DNA of 64,000 nucleotides. Origin: Apostichopus japonicus. Its lineage: Eukaryota. The stretch is taken from positions 8,205,331-8,269,330 of the forward strand of contig NC_092575.1 in the NCBI RefSeq assembly GCF_037975245.1. Direction: 5' to 3'. The notes beneath the pieces are model-generated. The model was not told where the DNA came from. It made no database searches and saw only the letters and a list, made by a program, of their open reading frames with translations. A program made the translations under genes and the position numbers. Every line of letters starts with the position of its first letter. Position 1 is the stretch's first letter. Of this stretch, positions 62,530 through 64,000 are shown one piece after another.

Positions 62530-62880
62530 CACTGATGAGTTTTTTACAAGTTTTTTTTTACAATTTTTTTTTTTACAATTTTTCTTACCCCATTCCCAGT
62601 GGGGGGGCCAGTGGGGGGGCCAGCCGATTTCATGGGGGGGGGCCCGGCCCCCCAGGCCCCCCCGTAGCTACGCCACTGACGCTGACAGGAAAAGAAGCTG
62701 TTCATTACGGTATCATCCCTCGATCTGTAAATGCCTGCAAACACTGGCGTAGGAAGGTATTTTTGTCAGGGGGGGGGGCTGATGCATGATGGATTGTGAT
62801 CGCCGTCCTGGGGGAGGGGTCTTTAAAATTTCCAAAATTAAAGGGGAGGGGGTGTCCCCTTCCCCTTTTTGAAATTTTTT
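62530..62880. repeat. Fragments of the G/C-hairpin repeat family (reverse-orientation end ...gtagctacgccactg; hairpin ggggagggggtgtccccttcccc)
   Basis: 62590-62680 is the reverse complement of the cagtggcgtagc...Gn start motif. 62825-62865 matches 14020-14050. Confidence 0.45.
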
Positions 62881-64000
62881 GAACAATTAGAGGCCATCAG
62901 ATGCTGTTTAGTGCCAACAAATGTCTGAATTTGTAATAAATTTCTCATATTTCCTGATTTACTTTACTCATCTTGCGTGCAGTTGCCTGGCGTGTACGTG
63001 CTATACCGGTGATATGCATGAACTACGGAGTAGCGGCGATGGTGTATGTACTATGTCAGCACAGCACATTGGTCTGGACGAGGTTCGATCCCTGACTTAT
63101 TTTGACGGTATGCTGCAAACGCTAGTGAATTTCCGGCGAAGATAGTGATTCCCAATAATCGCAGTACTAAACAGTCTGAACAATGGTGAAAGACTACGTT
63201 CTGAATTTCAGAAAATAGTTCAAAAATGAAAGGTTTTTTTTACCCTCGACGACTGGGGCGGAAGCATACTTCCGCCCTATATGTTTTCAGGTGGGGTCTG
63301 TCGCCCAGCCCCCCCCCCCGCTTCCTACGCCCTTGCCTGCAAACCGGGGCGGCAGCCCATGCAGAAGAGAAGACCGTGTCATTGCTCGTCGAGGTATGCA
63401 AGCAGTGCGGTAAAGTGTACGTGCAACTAGAATCGAATTCTCTGAGAGAGATTCTGTGAAGTTGTATTCATTCGTCTTGATGTTCACTAATAGAGAAGAC
63501 TATTGAAGCCACAACTAACTGCGATTTCAAAAATGTTTTCTTTTGTTTTGTTTTTCAAAGCATTAGTCCTTTCATGCTTTGATGGCAGAACCAAAGGTAG
63601 TATCTGTTGCTTCATCTAGTCAGCATAAGTCGTTTGTTAGGACACGCCGTTCATGCTCGTTCTTGACTACAGCCATCTATCATGGATAACCTAGCGAGGA
63701 TAATTTTAATTTCAGTCATTTGTTCAACGTGTTGTAGCGGTAGTCTCGAAATTTTTCAAACTGCAGACATTTCAAGGTACAAGCGAGGTAAATTCTATTT
63801 TTTTTTTATCACATTAAACTGAAGATACATTTCTTTGGTTTGGGTATTTGGAAGAGACAATGCAACTATATAAATAGTATCCACAGGAAAGCCATTAATT
63901 AAAGAGACTTATATTGTGTGAACATTTCCATTCTTCGTTGAGTTTTCATATCGTTCATTTAAGTTTCTTTCACTTAAAATAAAAATAAAACCCAAATTAT

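Overview
This window is eukaryotic (metazoan) genomic DNA, not prokaryotic. Genes are split into small exons with canonical GT..AG introns and polypyrimidine tracts. The sequence is AT-rich and full of microsatellites, minisatellites, SINE/MITE-like interspersed repeats and poly-G/poly-C tracts. Both the gene content and the repeat landscape fit an invertebrate deuterostome-like genome, but the species cannot be determined from the sequence alone.

The central feature is a complete major vault protein gene (MVP) on the + strand. It has 14 coding exons from 28927 to 41832, predicting a protein of about 866 aa. Every exon aligns block for block with vertebrate MVP (vault repeats, shoulder, cap helix), every junction is phase-consistent, and the frame stays open throughout.

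Intron 13 of MVP begins with a roughly 700-bp minisatellite of 39/40-bp units. Each unit re-creates the last 15 nt of exon 13 plus the GTAAGA 5' splice site. The first units are in frame.

About 10 kb upstream (18255-19290) lies a decayed partial paralog of MVP. It carries the promoter-proximal block plus exons 2 and 3, both with internal deletions, and sits between transposable-element termini.

A complete, uninterrupted 89-aa dynein light chain LC8 (DYNLL) CDS lies on the minus strand at 11538-11807.

Downstream of MVP a convergent minus-strand gene contributes three phase-consistent exons: 48703-48767, 49507-51537 and 52920-53925. Together they encode a Ser/Thr/Lys/Glu-rich low-complexity protein with a poly-Lys nuclear-localisation-like tract.

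Two candidate terminal exons of an unidentified + strand gene end at 5160 with a polyA signal.

Mobile and repeat content includes:
- a non-autonomous hAT-like element with an 8-bp target-site duplication (21379-23078);
- a composite ~2-kb element with terminal inverted repeats (TIRs), inserted in an (AT)n microsatellite (16199-18250);
- a MITE-like family with CAAGGGCGGCGGAAGC TIRs and G/C-hairpin cores (25.7-27.3 kb, 60.0-61.6 kb, fragments elsewhere);
- a tRNA-derived SINE-like element (7608-7745);
- several satellite and tandem arrays.

No rRNA, genuine tRNA or CRISPR arrays were found.
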